This document shows, piece after piece, positions 9,614 to 18,261 of a stretch of DNA of 64,000 bases (position 1 is the stretch's first letter; each line of letters opens with the position of its first letter). The notes under the pieces were generated by a model. That model was not told the DNA's origin and searched no databases. It saw only the letters and a program-made list of their open reading frames with translations. Both the position numbers and the translations under genes were made by a program. The DNA is from Halopseudomonas sp. (lineage in GTDB: Bacteria > Pseudomonadota > Gammaproteobacteria > Pseudomonadales > Balneatricaceae): positions 10,137 through 74,136 of the forward strand of contig JBALWS010000005.1 of assembly GCA_036960405.1 (NCBI GenBank), written 5' to 3'.

Positions 9614-10255
9614 ATGCATCGAGCGGCAGGATTAGTGTTAGCGGCGGTACTGATTACAGCCTGCGGCCCCTCTTACGAAGCCGAATACCACGCAGCCCAG
9701 AAGGAACTGGAAAGCGTCAAACAGCAACTGGCCGAAGCGCAAAGCAAACTCAGCGCTGCCGACCATGAGACCCGCAGCAAAATTTTCTCGTTGGCACGCC
9801 GTGCCAACACTCACCTCCGGGCTAAAAAACTAGACGCCAACCTGATCAGCAACATTCAGCAAGAGATGGCGCTGCTGGCAGCCAGCTACGCTCAGCTCAA
9901 CAGTAGCCATGATATTACCGCGCTCACCGCCCAGTTTTATACTGAGAAGCTGGACCTGATCCTGCAGCTCAATCGTCAGAAAAGTAGCGGTTACGACCGT
10001 CAATACAACGCCTGTCTATCCGACCTCGACAGCCGGGGCAAAAAGAACGAACTCAGTACCATGCTGTGCGAAGTCCAGGCAGATGCAGCCGCTCGTAAGC
10101 CTCGTTATCAATACATCGCCACCCTTGCCGCGACGTTGGCGATCAGCAAAGAACTACGCGCAGCCCGACAGGCTGACACAACACTCGAGCCCGCGCAGCT
10201 CGACAGCCTATTCAGTGAAGAGATGGCGAAACAGCGAGAGTTAGCATCAAAATAG
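9614..10255 (+). CDS. Hypothetical lipoprotein with coiled coil
   Basis: Lipobox LITA-C; heptad-rich segment; SD AAGGA. Confidence 0.75.
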   Translation: MHRAAGLVLAAVLITACGPSYEAEYHAAQKELESVKQQLAEAQSKLSAADHETRSKIFSLARRANTHLRAKKLDANLISNIQQEMALLAASYAQLNSSHDITALTAQFYTEKLDLILQLNRQKSSGYDRQYNACLSDLDSRGKKNELSTMLCEVQADAAARKPRYQYIATLAATLAISKELRAARQADTTLEPAQLDSLFSEEMAKQRELASK

Positions 10256-10260
10256 GCCTG

Positions 10261-10704
10261 CTACTCACTCTCTGGCGTTTTCTTTAATCTGCGCACGGCT
10301 ACAGTTAAACGCGAAATACACACCAGCTTTTGCTTCTCGTTACGAATTTTGATCTCCCACACCTGGCTGGTCACGCCAATAAACACCGGTTCCGCTCGAC
10401 CGGTGACGATGCCCGATGACACCGGCCATAGGTGGTTAGCGTTGATCTCCATCCCGACACAACTGAATCGCTGCCGATTAATACACGCATTGGCCGCATA
10501 GCTGCCAAGGGTTTCAGCCAATGCGACCGAGGCTCCGCCGTGAAGAATGCCGAAGGGTTGATGGGTCCTTTTATCCACCGGCATCGTCGCTTCCAGATAA
10601 TCATCGCCAATCTCGGTGAATGCTATCGCCAAGTGATCGACCAAGGTGTCACGGCACTCCAGCTGAATCGCATCGAGTGTCAGCGGGGTTTTCCAGATCG
10701 ACAT
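10261..10704 (-). CDS. Hotdog-fold thioesterase (YdiI/MenI-like)
   Basis: MPVDKRTHQPFGILHGGASVALAETLGS, GMEINANH, SRLTVAV. Confidence 0.93.
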   Translation of the reverse strand: MSIWKTPLTLDAIQLECRDTLVDHLAIAFTEIGDDYLEATMPVDKRTHQPFGILHGGASVALAETLGSYAANACINRQRFSCVGMEINANHLWPVSSGIVTGRAEPVFIGVTSQVWEIKIRNEKQKLVCISRLTVAVRRLKKTPESE

Positions 10705-10763
10705 CAAGCTCGCTCCATTTACTCAAAAATCAATCGTCTAGAGTAACGTAACTAAGCACCAAA

Positions 10764-12023
10764 GTGCGCACGACGGTTGCTATCGGCCATCCGCTTGATA
10801 AGCTAGACGCTTATCTTAGTGTCGTCTGGATTCGAGCTGTGCCTGAACGCCTACAACCGTTGCAATACCTGCTACTCCCGTTGATCATTCTTGGCGGGGT
10901 ATATGTTTACCTGCCGCAACTGCCACCGTTTTCATCACCCTGGGAAGAACTGCTGCCCTCGGTACCCTATCTGCTCGGCGGTTTAATCGCGCTGCTCGGG
11001 TGGCACTTCAATAGCGGCCGCAGCCTGCTGGCCTGCATTTTGATTTTGCTCACCAATCTCAGCCTGCGCCAGCCATTCGAGCCGCTGTACCAGCAAACCC
11101 TGCTTGTACTGTTGCCGTTAAACATGGCTCAGATCGCCTGGTACCGAGAGCGAGGGGTGCTCAGCCCGACAGCACTGGTAAGACTGGCCTGGATTGCAGC
11201 CCAGATAGCGGCGGTGACTGCGGCGATCCACTATCATCCAGAGCAATTGCTGCAAGGCCTTAACTTCCACCCGCAGCAGCTTCCTGAGCTACCACTGCCT
11301 TTCGTCGTCCTCAGTACTTTGGCAATTGCAGGGCTGGCGGTTCTAGCCCGACTACTCAGCCAGCAAGATCGATTTGATGCGTACCTACTGATCAGCGTGG
11401 TGGTTAGCTGTGGCCTGATTCTGTTGCCGATACCCCAGCGTGACTTGAGTTTGGTGATATCGGTATTGCTAGCGCTGTGGCTGTTCAGTCTGTTTCGACA
11501 CAGTCATAGCTTGGCTTACCTGGATGATCTGACCGGTCTGCCCGGTCGTCGGGCACTCAACGAACACCTCACACGTCTGGGAAAGCAGCACTGCTTAGCG
11601 ATGCTTGATGTCGACCATTTCAAAAAATTTAACGATAAACATGGCCACGATGTAGGCGACCAAGTACTGAAACTGGTTGCCTCAAAAATCGCCAAGGTAA
11701 GACAAGGTAAAGGTTACCGCTATGGCGGCGAGGAGTTCTGTGTGGTGTTTGCCGGGCGCAAGCTAGAGCAAACCTTGGAACCGCTAGAAGAGCTGCGCCA
11801 AGCAATCGAAGATGCCCGTCTGCAGTTACGCAGTGCCAAACGTCCCCAGAGCAATGATCAAGGTAAAAAACAGCGCGGGACTGCCGGTGCCAAGAGCAGC
11901 AGCGTATCAGTCACGATCAGCATCGGTATCGCCGAACACCAACCCAAGCAGAACACCCTAAAGGCTGCCGACAAAGCGCTCTATAAAGCTAAAGCTGCTG
12001 GTCGTAATAGAGTCTGTCACTGA
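10764..12023 (+). CDS. Membrane-bound diguanylate cyclase (start uncertain)
   Basis: Many TM helices; DDLTGLPGRR, DVDHFKKFNDKHGH, RYGGEEF, ADKALYKAKAAGRN; no RxxD I-site. Confidence 0.92.
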   Translation: MRTTVAIGHPLDKLDAYLSVVWIRAVPERLQPLQYLLLPLIILGGVYVYLPQLPPFSSPWEELLPSVPYLLGGLIALLGWHFNSGRSLLACILILLTNLSLRQPFEPLYQQTLLVLLPLNMAQIAWYRERGVLSPTALVRLAWIAAQIAAVTAAIHYHPEQLLQGLNFHPQQLPELPLPFVVLSTLAIAGLAVLARLLSQQDRFDAYLLISVVVSCGLILLPIPQRDLSLVISVLLALWLFSLFRHSHSLAYLDDLTGLPGRRALNEHLTRLGKQHCLAMLDVDHFKKFNDKHGHDVGDQVLKLVASKIAKVRQGKGYRYGGEEFCVVFAGRKLEQTLEPLEELRQAIEDARLQLRSAKRPQSNDQGKKQRGTAGAKSSSVSVTISIGIAEHQPKQNTLKAADKALYKAKAAGRNRVCH

Positions 12024-12127
12024 AAGGAACCAACGCAAGGAGGACTGATCAAGTATCAATTCAGCGGCGCTGATCATTAACCAATAATAAAGCGATAACG
12101 GCCCTAAGCCGACTTATCTACATCCCT

Positions 12128-12168
12128 AAAAAACAAAACCCCTCACCGGCAGAGCCGATGAGGGGTTT
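12128..12168 (-). terminator. Intrinsic terminator of phasin 2
   Basis: AAACCCCTCA...TGAGGGGTTT stem followed by a T-rich tract on the minus strand. Confidence 0.8.
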
Positions 12169-12188
12169 GGCAAAGAGAAGCTTAGTAA

Positions 12189-12557
12189 TTAAGCAGCTTT
12201 CTTACCAGATACCTTCTCAACTGCAGCTTCAACTTCAGCAGCAGTCTGCTTAGCAGAATCTTCGATTACTGCAGAGAAAGCTTCTTTAGCTTCGGTGAAC
12301 GCAGCAATGCTCTTCTCTGTAGTGTCGGTCATCTTGGCTTCCAGAGCCTTGAAGAACTTAACTTGCAGGTCCATAGCAGCTTTTGGATCTTGGCACTTAG
12401 ACAGAGCTTGGAACTGCTCAAGGCTGGCGTTAACAACGTCAGTCATAGTGTCTTTTTGAACGCCGGCCAGAGTTTCCAGGACCTTTTTGTTGGTCTCAAC
12501 CAGATCCATAACAGGCTTCATGCGAGTGTTCATATCTGCGAATAGATTATCGTACAT
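12189..12557 (-). CDS. phaP: Phasin family protein (PHA granule protein), copy 2
   Basis: Ala/Lys/Glu-rich amphipathic helical 122 aa protein; about two-thirds identical to 12801-13160 by manual alignment; start set at MYDNLF. Confidence 0.78.
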   Translation of the reverse strand: MYDNLFADMNTRMKPVMDLVETNKKVLETLAGVQKDTMTDVVNASLEQFQALSKCQDPKAAMDLQVKFFKALEAKMTDTTEKSIAAFTEAKEAFSAVIEDSAKQTAAEVEAAVEKVSGKKAA

Positions 12558-12639
12558 GGTCATTCCTCTAAGTGTGATAGGTAATATCGAAATCCAGGGT
12601 GGGCACACTACAAGGGTTTCCCAACTCGCCCAGCGACTG

Positions 12640-12650
12640 GTGCGCTGCAC
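12640..12650. promoter_or_regulatory. TGC-N3-GCA palindrome (PhaR-like box) in phasin 2 leader
   Basis: GTGC-GCT-GCAC; near-match half site at 12712-12725 upstream of the -35. Confidence 0.6.
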
Positions 12651-12674
12651 AACTTAGTGCCTACAATTGGGCCT

Positions 12675-12702
12675 ACTATAGCAGTGGCAAACCGACTGTC
12701 AA
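12675..12702 (-). promoter_or_regulatory. sigma70 promoter of phasin 2
   Basis: Minus strand TTGACA-16 bp-TATAGT; hexamers identical to the phasin 1 promoter. Confidence 0.78.
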
Positions 12703-12748
12703 TATCTTTTTCCGCACCGCACAAGAAGTTCTGACAGTTATTTCAAGC

Positions 12749-12782
12749 AAAAAAAATCCCCCGGACCTTAGGGCCAGGGGAT
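12749..12782 (-). terminator. Intrinsic terminator of phasin 1
   Basis: ATCCCC...GGGGAT stem followed by an 8-T run on the minus strand. Confidence 0.8.
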
Positions 12783-12800
12783 CTGTATTCGCGCTTTGGC

Positions 12801-13160
12801 TTACTTGCCAGTCGCTTTCTTAACCGCACCTTCGAATTCAGCAGAAACTTTCTTGCTGGCTTCTTCGACAGAAGATACGTAAGCGTCTTTGGCTTCGCTG
12901 ATCGCTGCGATGCTCTTTTCAGCAGTGTCGGTCATCTTCGCTTCCAGTGCCTTGTAGAAGTTGACCTGCAGCTCCATAGCAGCCTTAGGGTCTTGGCACT
13001 GAGAGACAGCCTTGAACTGCTCCAGGCTAGCGTTAACAACGTCGGTCATGGTCTCTTTCTGAACAGCAGCCAGAGTTTCCATCGCCTTTTTGTTAGTTTC
13101 AGCCAGCTCCAGCACAGGTTGCATGCGAGCTTTCATATCTTCCATAAATTTATCGTACAT
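12801..13160 (-). CDS. phaP: Phasin family protein, copy 1
   Basis: 119 aa paralogue of 12189-12557; same helical Ala/Lys-rich composition. Confidence 0.78.
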   Translation of the reverse strand: MYDKFMEDMKARMQPVLELAETNKKAMETLAAVQKETMTDVVNASLEQFKAVSQCQDPKAAMELQVNFYKALEAKMTDTAEKSIAAISEAKDAYVSSVEEASKKVSAEFEGAVKKATGK

Positions 13161-13191
13161 AACTATTCGCCTTTGCTAGATTAATTTTTAA

Positions 13192-13206
13192 TGCTGCGCT
13201 GCAGCA
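13192..13206. promoter_or_regulatory. PhaR-like palindrome near predicted transcription start of phasin 1
   Basis: TGCTGC-GCT-GCAGCA, contains CTGC-N3-GCAG. Confidence 0.65.
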
Positions 13207-13214
13207 ATGAAACA

Positions 13215-13243
13215 ACTATAGAGGCCTAAATAATAGCTGTCAA
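13215..13243 (-). promoter_or_regulatory. sigma70 promoter of phasin 1
   Basis: Minus strand TTGACA-17 bp-TATAGT. Confidence 0.85.
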
Positions 13244-13245
13244 AC

Positions 13246-13266
13246 ATTTTGTGCAGTGCACAAAAT
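13246..13266. promoter_or_regulatory. 21-bp palindrome (PhaR-like) abutting the -35 of phasin 1
   Basis: ATTTTGTGC-AGT-GCACAAAAT. Confidence 0.65.
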
Positions 13267-13275
13267 CACAACACC

Positions 13276-14199
13276 TCAGCTTGTTTCTTGCTCCTGCCCT
13301 GTTTCATAAAACAGTTCTACCGGGACATCCAGCTGGCTCCTCAACTGTATCGCCAACAGGTCCATCTCCGCATCACTCCAAGGCAATGCCGCGGCCTCAG
13401 TCGGCTGCCTCGCCAAGGTATAGGCCTGAATCTTTTTGAGCTGTACCCTAGCATCGAGTAGTCGTTTCACCAACGCCACATAGCCGGGATAACCGTCGGC
13501 AACATTGTTTTGCGCGCGCCAGTTAAAGAAGCAGGATTGAAACACCAGCGGATATTCACTACCAAACGCGACGATCTTGTCGGTCAAGCGCTCGAACGAC
13601 ACCGAGGTACGGTTGAGCTGCTGCAGCGATTGGGCATCCCAATAATCAAGCTTGCACCAGACTTCACCATTGGCCTGATAAAAAGATGACCAAAGCGGAG
13701 CCAAGTCTTTACGGTCGAGCCCGGTAGCATTGGTGAAAAGCACCAACTTAACCGACTCCGCTAGCTCAAATTCGGCCTTCAGCTCGACCAACAACCGCAA
13801 CACCTGCGGCAATATCCGCACGGTGGTCGGCTCACCATCGCCTGCCAAACCTATATCTCTGAGCGGATAACCCCGATAGCCTTCGGCTGAGATGGAACCC
13901 AACCAATGGCGCAGTTCCTGCTCAAGCTGGACCAACGACGGTTCTACAACGGCCTGATCATCAGTGCGCTCAACCTGGCAGTAAACACAGTCAAAGTTAC
14001 AACGTTTATCCGGATTAAGGTTGATACCCAGCGACAACCCACCCGAACGGCGTGATACCACCGGGTAAACCAAACGGTCAAACTCGCTGAGCCGACTATG
14101 GTTGTCATAGCTCAGGGTAATTTTGGCTTCAAGACTGAGCCCCGGTTCAAGACTACCTTCCAGTTCAAGGCTGTCTTTCACTTCAATCCGATCACTCAT
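13276..14199 (-). CDS. Radical SAM protein of unknown function (COG0731-like)
   Basis: VYPVVSRRSGGLSLGINL followed by CNFDCVYC (CX3CX2C); GDGEPT; LFTNAT; ATGA overlap with pdxJ. Confidence 0.88.
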   Translation of the reverse strand: MSDRIEVKDSLELEGSLEPGLSLEAKITLSYDNHSRLSEFDRLVYPVVSRRSGGLSLGINLNPDKRCNFDCVYCQVERTDDQAVVEPSLVQLEQELRHWLGSISAEGYRGYPLRDIGLAGDGEPTTVRILPQVLRLLVELKAEFELAESVKLVLFTNATGLDRKDLAPLWSSFYQANGEVWCKLDYWDAQSLQQLNRTSVSFERLTDKIVAFGSEYPLVFQSCFFNWRAQNNVADGYPGYVALVKRLLDARVQLKKIQAYTLARQPTEAAALPWSDAEMDLLAIQLRSQLDVPVELFYETGQEQETS

Positions 14200-14972
14200 C
14201 GATCAGCGGCTATCCCAGCCTTAACCAAAATTGTTTTATAGGCTGCCACCGCATCGCCCAGTCCCATCATCAACGCATCGGCGATCAGCGCATGGCCGAT
14301 CGACACTTCAACCAAGCCAGGAATTGTGGCGAGCAAGCCAAGGTTCTCCAGGTTCAGATCATGGCCGGCATTCACCTCGAGCCCGGCAGCTTGCGCACGT
14401 TCTGCCGCTCCCATAAACAGCTCTAACTGCGCCTGCTGCTGATCGGTTCCATAAGCATCGGCATAGGATTCGGTATAGAGCTCAACTCGATCTGCGCCCA
14501 GCGCTGCAGCCAATTCGATATCATCGGAGTCAGCATTCATAAACAAGCTGACTCGAATCCCTCGCGCTTTGAGTTCGTCGATGACCGGCTTAAGTTGCTG
14601 ACCATCTTTTTGCAGATCCCAGCCGTGATCGGATGTCAGTTGGTCCTGCGAATCGGGCACCAACGTACATTGCGCAGGACGAACTTTGCGCACCAACTCC
14701 AAAAAACCCGGGTAGTCGCCGATAGCCCCTTCAAATGGGTTGCCCTCAATATTAAATTCCACCTCCAACATCGCGGCCAATTCATAAACATCAGCGGGAC
14801 GAATATGACGTAGATCGGGGCGCGGGTGGACCGTAATACCATCGGCGCCGTTGGCAATCGCCACTCGGGCCGCTTCGGTAACACTCGGTACACCCGACAA
14901 ACGAGAGTTGCGCATCAACGCAATTTTATTGAGGTTAACGCTTAAAGATGTAGCGGTATTCTGGGTTGGCAT
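14196..14972 (-). CDS. pdxJ: Pyridoxine 5'-phosphate synthase (NK/HD variant clade)
   Basis: LSVNLNKIALMRNSR, GITVHPRPDLRHI, NIEGNP, CTLVPD, RVSLF, ADRVELYT, NAGHDL, VSIGHALI; SD GAGGTG before 14972. Confidence 0.93.
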   Translation of the reverse strand: MPTQNTATSLSVNLNKIALMRNSRLSGVPSVTEAARVAIANGADGITVHPRPDLRHIRPADVYELAAMLEVEFNIEGNPFEGAIGDYPGFLELVRKVRPAQCTLVPDSQDQLTSDHGWDLQKDGQQLKPVIDELKARGIRVSLFMNADSDDIELAAALGADRVELYTESYADAYGTDQQQAQLELFMGAAERAQAAGLEVNAGHDLNLENLGLLATIPGLVEVSIGHALIADALMMGLGDAVAAYKTILVKAGIAADR

Positions 14973-15119
14973 AGGGGGCTCACCTCTTAAATTTACAGTC
15001 TGGATCGTACTGTCCGGCGACATAATTATTAATCGCTATTGTAGGAGTTTTACTACCAATGATCACCTGCTGAACCATTCAATTGTTGATTTAGACCCAC
15101 TCAAACATACGGTAGCGTA

Positions 15120-15148
15120 TTGACAAAATACCCCAATCAAACTAGGAT
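15120..15148 (+). promoter_or_regulatory. sigma70 promoter of isovaleryl-CoA dehydrogenase
   Basis: TTGACA-17 bp-TAGGAT, 44 bp upstream of ATG. Confidence 0.78.
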
Positions 15149-15192
15149 GATTAAAAGAATACCACTCCACTCATTCATCAGGGGTAACACCA

Positions 15193-16359
15193 ATGATTTC
15201 CAGCTACAAAGGCTTCAATTTTGACCTTGGCGAAACCAACGACATGCTGCGCGATCAGATAAACGCCTTTGCCGCCGCAGAGATCGCCCCCCGTGCAGAA
15301 CAGATCGACATAGACAACGAATTCCCGAATGACTTATGGCGCAAGTTTGGCGACATGGGGCTGCTAGGTATCACCGTTCCCGAGGAGTTCGGCGGTGTCG
15401 GGATGGGTTACCTGGCTCATATCATCGCGATGCAGGAGATCAGCCGCGCGTCCGCTTCAGTCGGTCTCTCCTACGGTGCGCACTCAAATCTGTGTGTTAA
15501 CCAGATCAACCGCAACGGCAGCACCGAGCAGAAGCAAAAATACCTGCCTAAGTTGCTCAGTGGTGAGCACGTTGGAGCGCTGGCGATGTCCGAGCCCAAT
15601 GCCGGTTCCGATGTGGTCAGCATGAAGTTGAACGCTCGTGATAACGGTGACCACTACCTGCTCAACGGTAACAAGATGTGGATCACCAACGGTCCCGACG
15701 CCAGCACCTACGTGATCTATGCCAAGACCGATATCAGCAAAGGTCCTCACGGTATCACCGCCTTTATCGTCGAACGCGATGCGCCCGGATTCTCACGCCA
15801 CCAGAAACTCGACAAGCTAGGCATGCGCGGCTCCAACACCTGTGAGCTGGTGTTCCAAGATTGCGTGGTGCCGAAAGAGAATATCCTTGGCCAGCTCAAC
15901 GGTGGCGTCAAAGTCCTGATGAGCGGTTTGGATTATGAACGCGCCGTACTGTCTGGCGGCCCGCTGGGGATCATGGACGCCTGTATGGACCTGGCGGTAC
16001 CTTACATTCGCGATCGTCAACAGTTCGGCAAGGCAATTGGTGAATTCCAGCTGGTACAGGGCAAAATGGCCGATATGTACACCGGCATGAACGCGGCTAA
16101 GTCTTACGTCTATTCGGTAGCACGTGCCTGTGATCGCGGTGAAACCAGCCGTAAAGATGCAGCAGGCGTGATCCTCTATACCGCCGAGCTAGCGACCAAG
16201 ATGGCCCTGGATACCATCCAGCTTCTGGGCGGCAACGGTTATATCAACGAATTCGCCAGCGGCCGCCTGCTGCGCGATGCCAAGCTGTACGAAATCGGTG
16301 CGGGTACCTCGGAGATCCGCCGGATGCTGATCGGCCGCGAGCTATTCATCGGCAACTAA
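15193..16359 (+). CDS. ivd: Isovaleryl-CoA dehydrogenase
   Basis: [60 protein letters not shown]. Confidence 0.95.
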   Translation: MISSYKGFNFDLGETNDMLRDQINAFAAAEIAPRAEQIDIDNEFPNDLWRKFGDMGLLGITVPEEFGGVGMGYLAHIIAMQEISRASASVGLSYGAHSNLCVNQINRNGSTEQKQKYLPKLLSGEHVGALAMSEPNAGSDVVSMKLNARDNGDHYLLNGNKMWITNGPDASTYVIYAKTDISKGPHGITAFIVERDAPGFSRHQKLDKLGMRGSNTCELVFQDCVVPKENILGQLNGGVKVLMSGLDYERAVLSGGPLGIMDACMDLAVPYIRDRQQFGKAIGEFQLVQGKMADMYTGMNAAKSYVYSVARACDRGETSRKDAAGVILYTAELATKMALDTIQLLGGNGYINEFASGRLLRDAKLYEIGAGTSEIRRMLIGRELFIGN

Positions 16360-16372
16360 GCAACTCCACAAC

Positions 16373-16402
16373 AAAAAGGGCAGCCAAGATCTGCCCTTCT
16401 TT
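16373..16402. terminator. Bidirectional intrinsic terminator between ivd and the cyclase
   Basis: AAGGGCAG-7 nt-CTGCCCTT flanked by A and T tracts. Confidence 0.75.
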
Positions 16403-16434
16403 GTGCCCCAACGTCTCCTGTTAGCGGATAACCG

Positions 16435-17496
16435 CTAGTAGTGCTGGCGACACTCCTCTTCAAGAAAGTACAGATTCATCGTTCCAAATCCTTTTACTTC
16501 GGTCTCGCCTCTTTCACTGCAGACAAAACCATCTTTGATCAGCTCGAAGGTTGCCTCATTAAGAGTGATCCGCATCGGTTCCGACAGACTTTCCATCCTG
16601 GCCGCCAGGTTAACCCCCGGACCGAATAGATCGTAGACGTACTTTTGAATACCTACCAGCGAGCCGATCACGGTACCGGTATTCATCCCGATACGGCAGC
16701 GCCACTGGGTCGGGTGGGCGGCGTTGCGCTTCTCAAGATAGCGCCGCATCCTTAACGCCACCTTGGCGATATTAGCGGTGTGCTCGGTGCTTTCCTGCGG
16801 CACCCCTGAAACCGCCATATAGGCATCACCGATGGTGCGTATCCGCTCGCAACCAAACATCTCGACGATACGGTCGAAGGCAGAAAAGATATCATTGAGC
16901 TCAGACACCAGCGCGCTGGCATCCTGCGAGATCGTCATCTCGGTAAAACGGACAAAATCGAGCATCAGTATCGATGCATTTTCAAACTTCTGCGGGGTCG
17001 TGGTGCCGAAGTCTTTAAGTTCTTCGTAGACCTGCTTGGGCATTACGTTTAGCAACAATCGCTCGACCCGGTCCTTCTCTTTCTCCAACTCCTTGGCATT
17101 TTTCTCCGCCATCCTCGAATAGGAGTCCAGCATGTACTGGCCCTCCTTTTCTTTGGAGATATCCCGGCCCTCTACCAAGATTCGGCTAGCCCCATCGATC
17201 TCCACCGTACGTAACTCGATCCGTACCGGAATCGTCCGCCCTTTAACTGCAGTTTCCGATTCAAAGCTATACCGTCCACGATCGCGAATACGTTGAGTAG
17301 CTTTCTCAGCATCCAAGGATATCAATCGCTGCGGCAACCGCTCCTGTCCTTCATCGAGCAGCGGAAACCAGTCGAAGAAACAGGCGTTCTCAAACAGTAA
17401 CGCCCAGCTATCGAGTTCCACCAGCGCTACCGCGTGACCGATATGCTGCAGCAGTTGTTTGGTATCGATCGATTCATCCATAGTCGTCGCCATCAA
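16435..17496 (-). CDS. Class III adenylate/guanylate cyclase with N-terminal PAS-like domain and coiled coil
   Basis: ILMLDFVRFT (metal Asp), RTIGDAYM, YDLFGPGVNLAARMES; helix LEKEKDRVERLLLNVMP before the catalytic domain. Confidence 0.92.
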   Translation of the reverse strand: MMATTMDESIDTKQLLQHIGHAVALVELDSWALLFENACFFDWFPLLDEGQERLPQRLISLDAEKATQRIRDRGRYSFESETAVKGRTIPVRIELRTVEIDGASRILVEGRDISKEKEGQYMLDSYSRMAEKNAKELEKEKDRVERLLLNVMPKQVYEELKDFGTTTPQKFENASILMLDFVRFTEMTISQDASALVSELNDIFSAFDRIVEMFGCERIRTIGDAYMAVSGVPQESTEHTANIAKVALRMRRYLEKRNAAHPTQWRCRIGMNTGTVIGSLVGIQKYVYDLFGPGVNLAARMESLSEPMRITLNEATFELIKDGFVCSERGETEVKGFGTMNLYFLEEECRQHY

Positions 17497-17855
17497 GGCT
17501 TGGTTACGATAAAACGCTTGCGGCCAGCCACCTCGCGGATGATCAAAGAGATGTCGCCCTCCTCAAGCTCAAAGTCTTCTAGGGTGAATCTCAACAACTT
17601 CACCACCTCTTCAAAAGAAGCCTCGTCGATATCAAGGCGTGCGTGCACCCGCTCAAGCGCCTCATTGGAGAAACTGGCCGGCCCTCCCATGATCGAAGCA
17701 ATAAACTTAGTCTGGTGATCGATCTGGCGGCGCATATCCACCCCTTCAAAATAGGGATTGAGGCGCTCTGACTCGAGCACTTCGCCGTAAAAAGCCGACA
17801 CAATGCGGCTGACGGTTGCGAACCCACCGTATTTATCGAATAAGGCTTTATGCAT
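17493..17855 (-). CDS. Group I (N) truncated 2/2 haemoglobin
   Basis: LFDKYGG, IVSAFY (B9-B10 FY), LNPYF, HQTKFI, MGGP, proximal His in VHARL; GGAGG SD before MHKAL; 4-bp overlap with the cyclase. Confidence 0.9.
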   Translation of the reverse strand: MHKALFDKYGGFATVSRIVSAFYGEVLESERLNPYFEGVDMRRQIDHQTKFIASIMGGPASFSNEALERVHARLDIDEASFEEVVKLLRFTLEDFELEEGDISLIIREVAGRKRFIVTKP

Positions 17856-17992
17856 GCCCCCTCCGGGCCATCGGCTAAACAAACAGATAAGAAACTCAGG
17901 CGACAAACGCGCAGCTTGGAGGCTGTATTTAAATCGAACCAAGCCTGAAACCGTTCACTAGCAGATAGCAGTTACGCGGATATAAAGCCATC

Positions 17993-18034
17993 GCCAACCG
18001 CCAACCGCCAACCGCCAACCGCCAACCGCCAACC
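17993..18034. repeat. Perfect heptamer tandem repeat (GCCAACC)x6
   Basis: Six exact copies read directly, intergenic. Confidence 0.97.
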
Positions 18035-18126
18035 GGTCATCATTAAATACCAACGAAATCAGTCTGGATAATTACAGTCGCTACTTCAGATTAGCTCAAA
18101 TATGGCGCATCGTCCGCCACAAAGAA

Positions 18127-18196
18127 GGGTTGATTGGTCAGACGGCTATGGCTAAATCAGCCATTGGAAGAGTTTAACGCCAGCGACAATCAACCC
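18127..18196. repeat. 70-bp element with 10-bp terminal inverted repeats and inner hairpin
   Basis: GGGTTGATTG...CAATCAACCC; inner ATGGCT-AAATC-AGCCAT at 18148-18164. Confidence 0.6.
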
Positions 18197-18261
18197 AAGA
18201 CAGAGGCCGCAAGCCAACAACAGCTTGAATATCAGGATACGTTTTGAGTTCATTGATAGGC

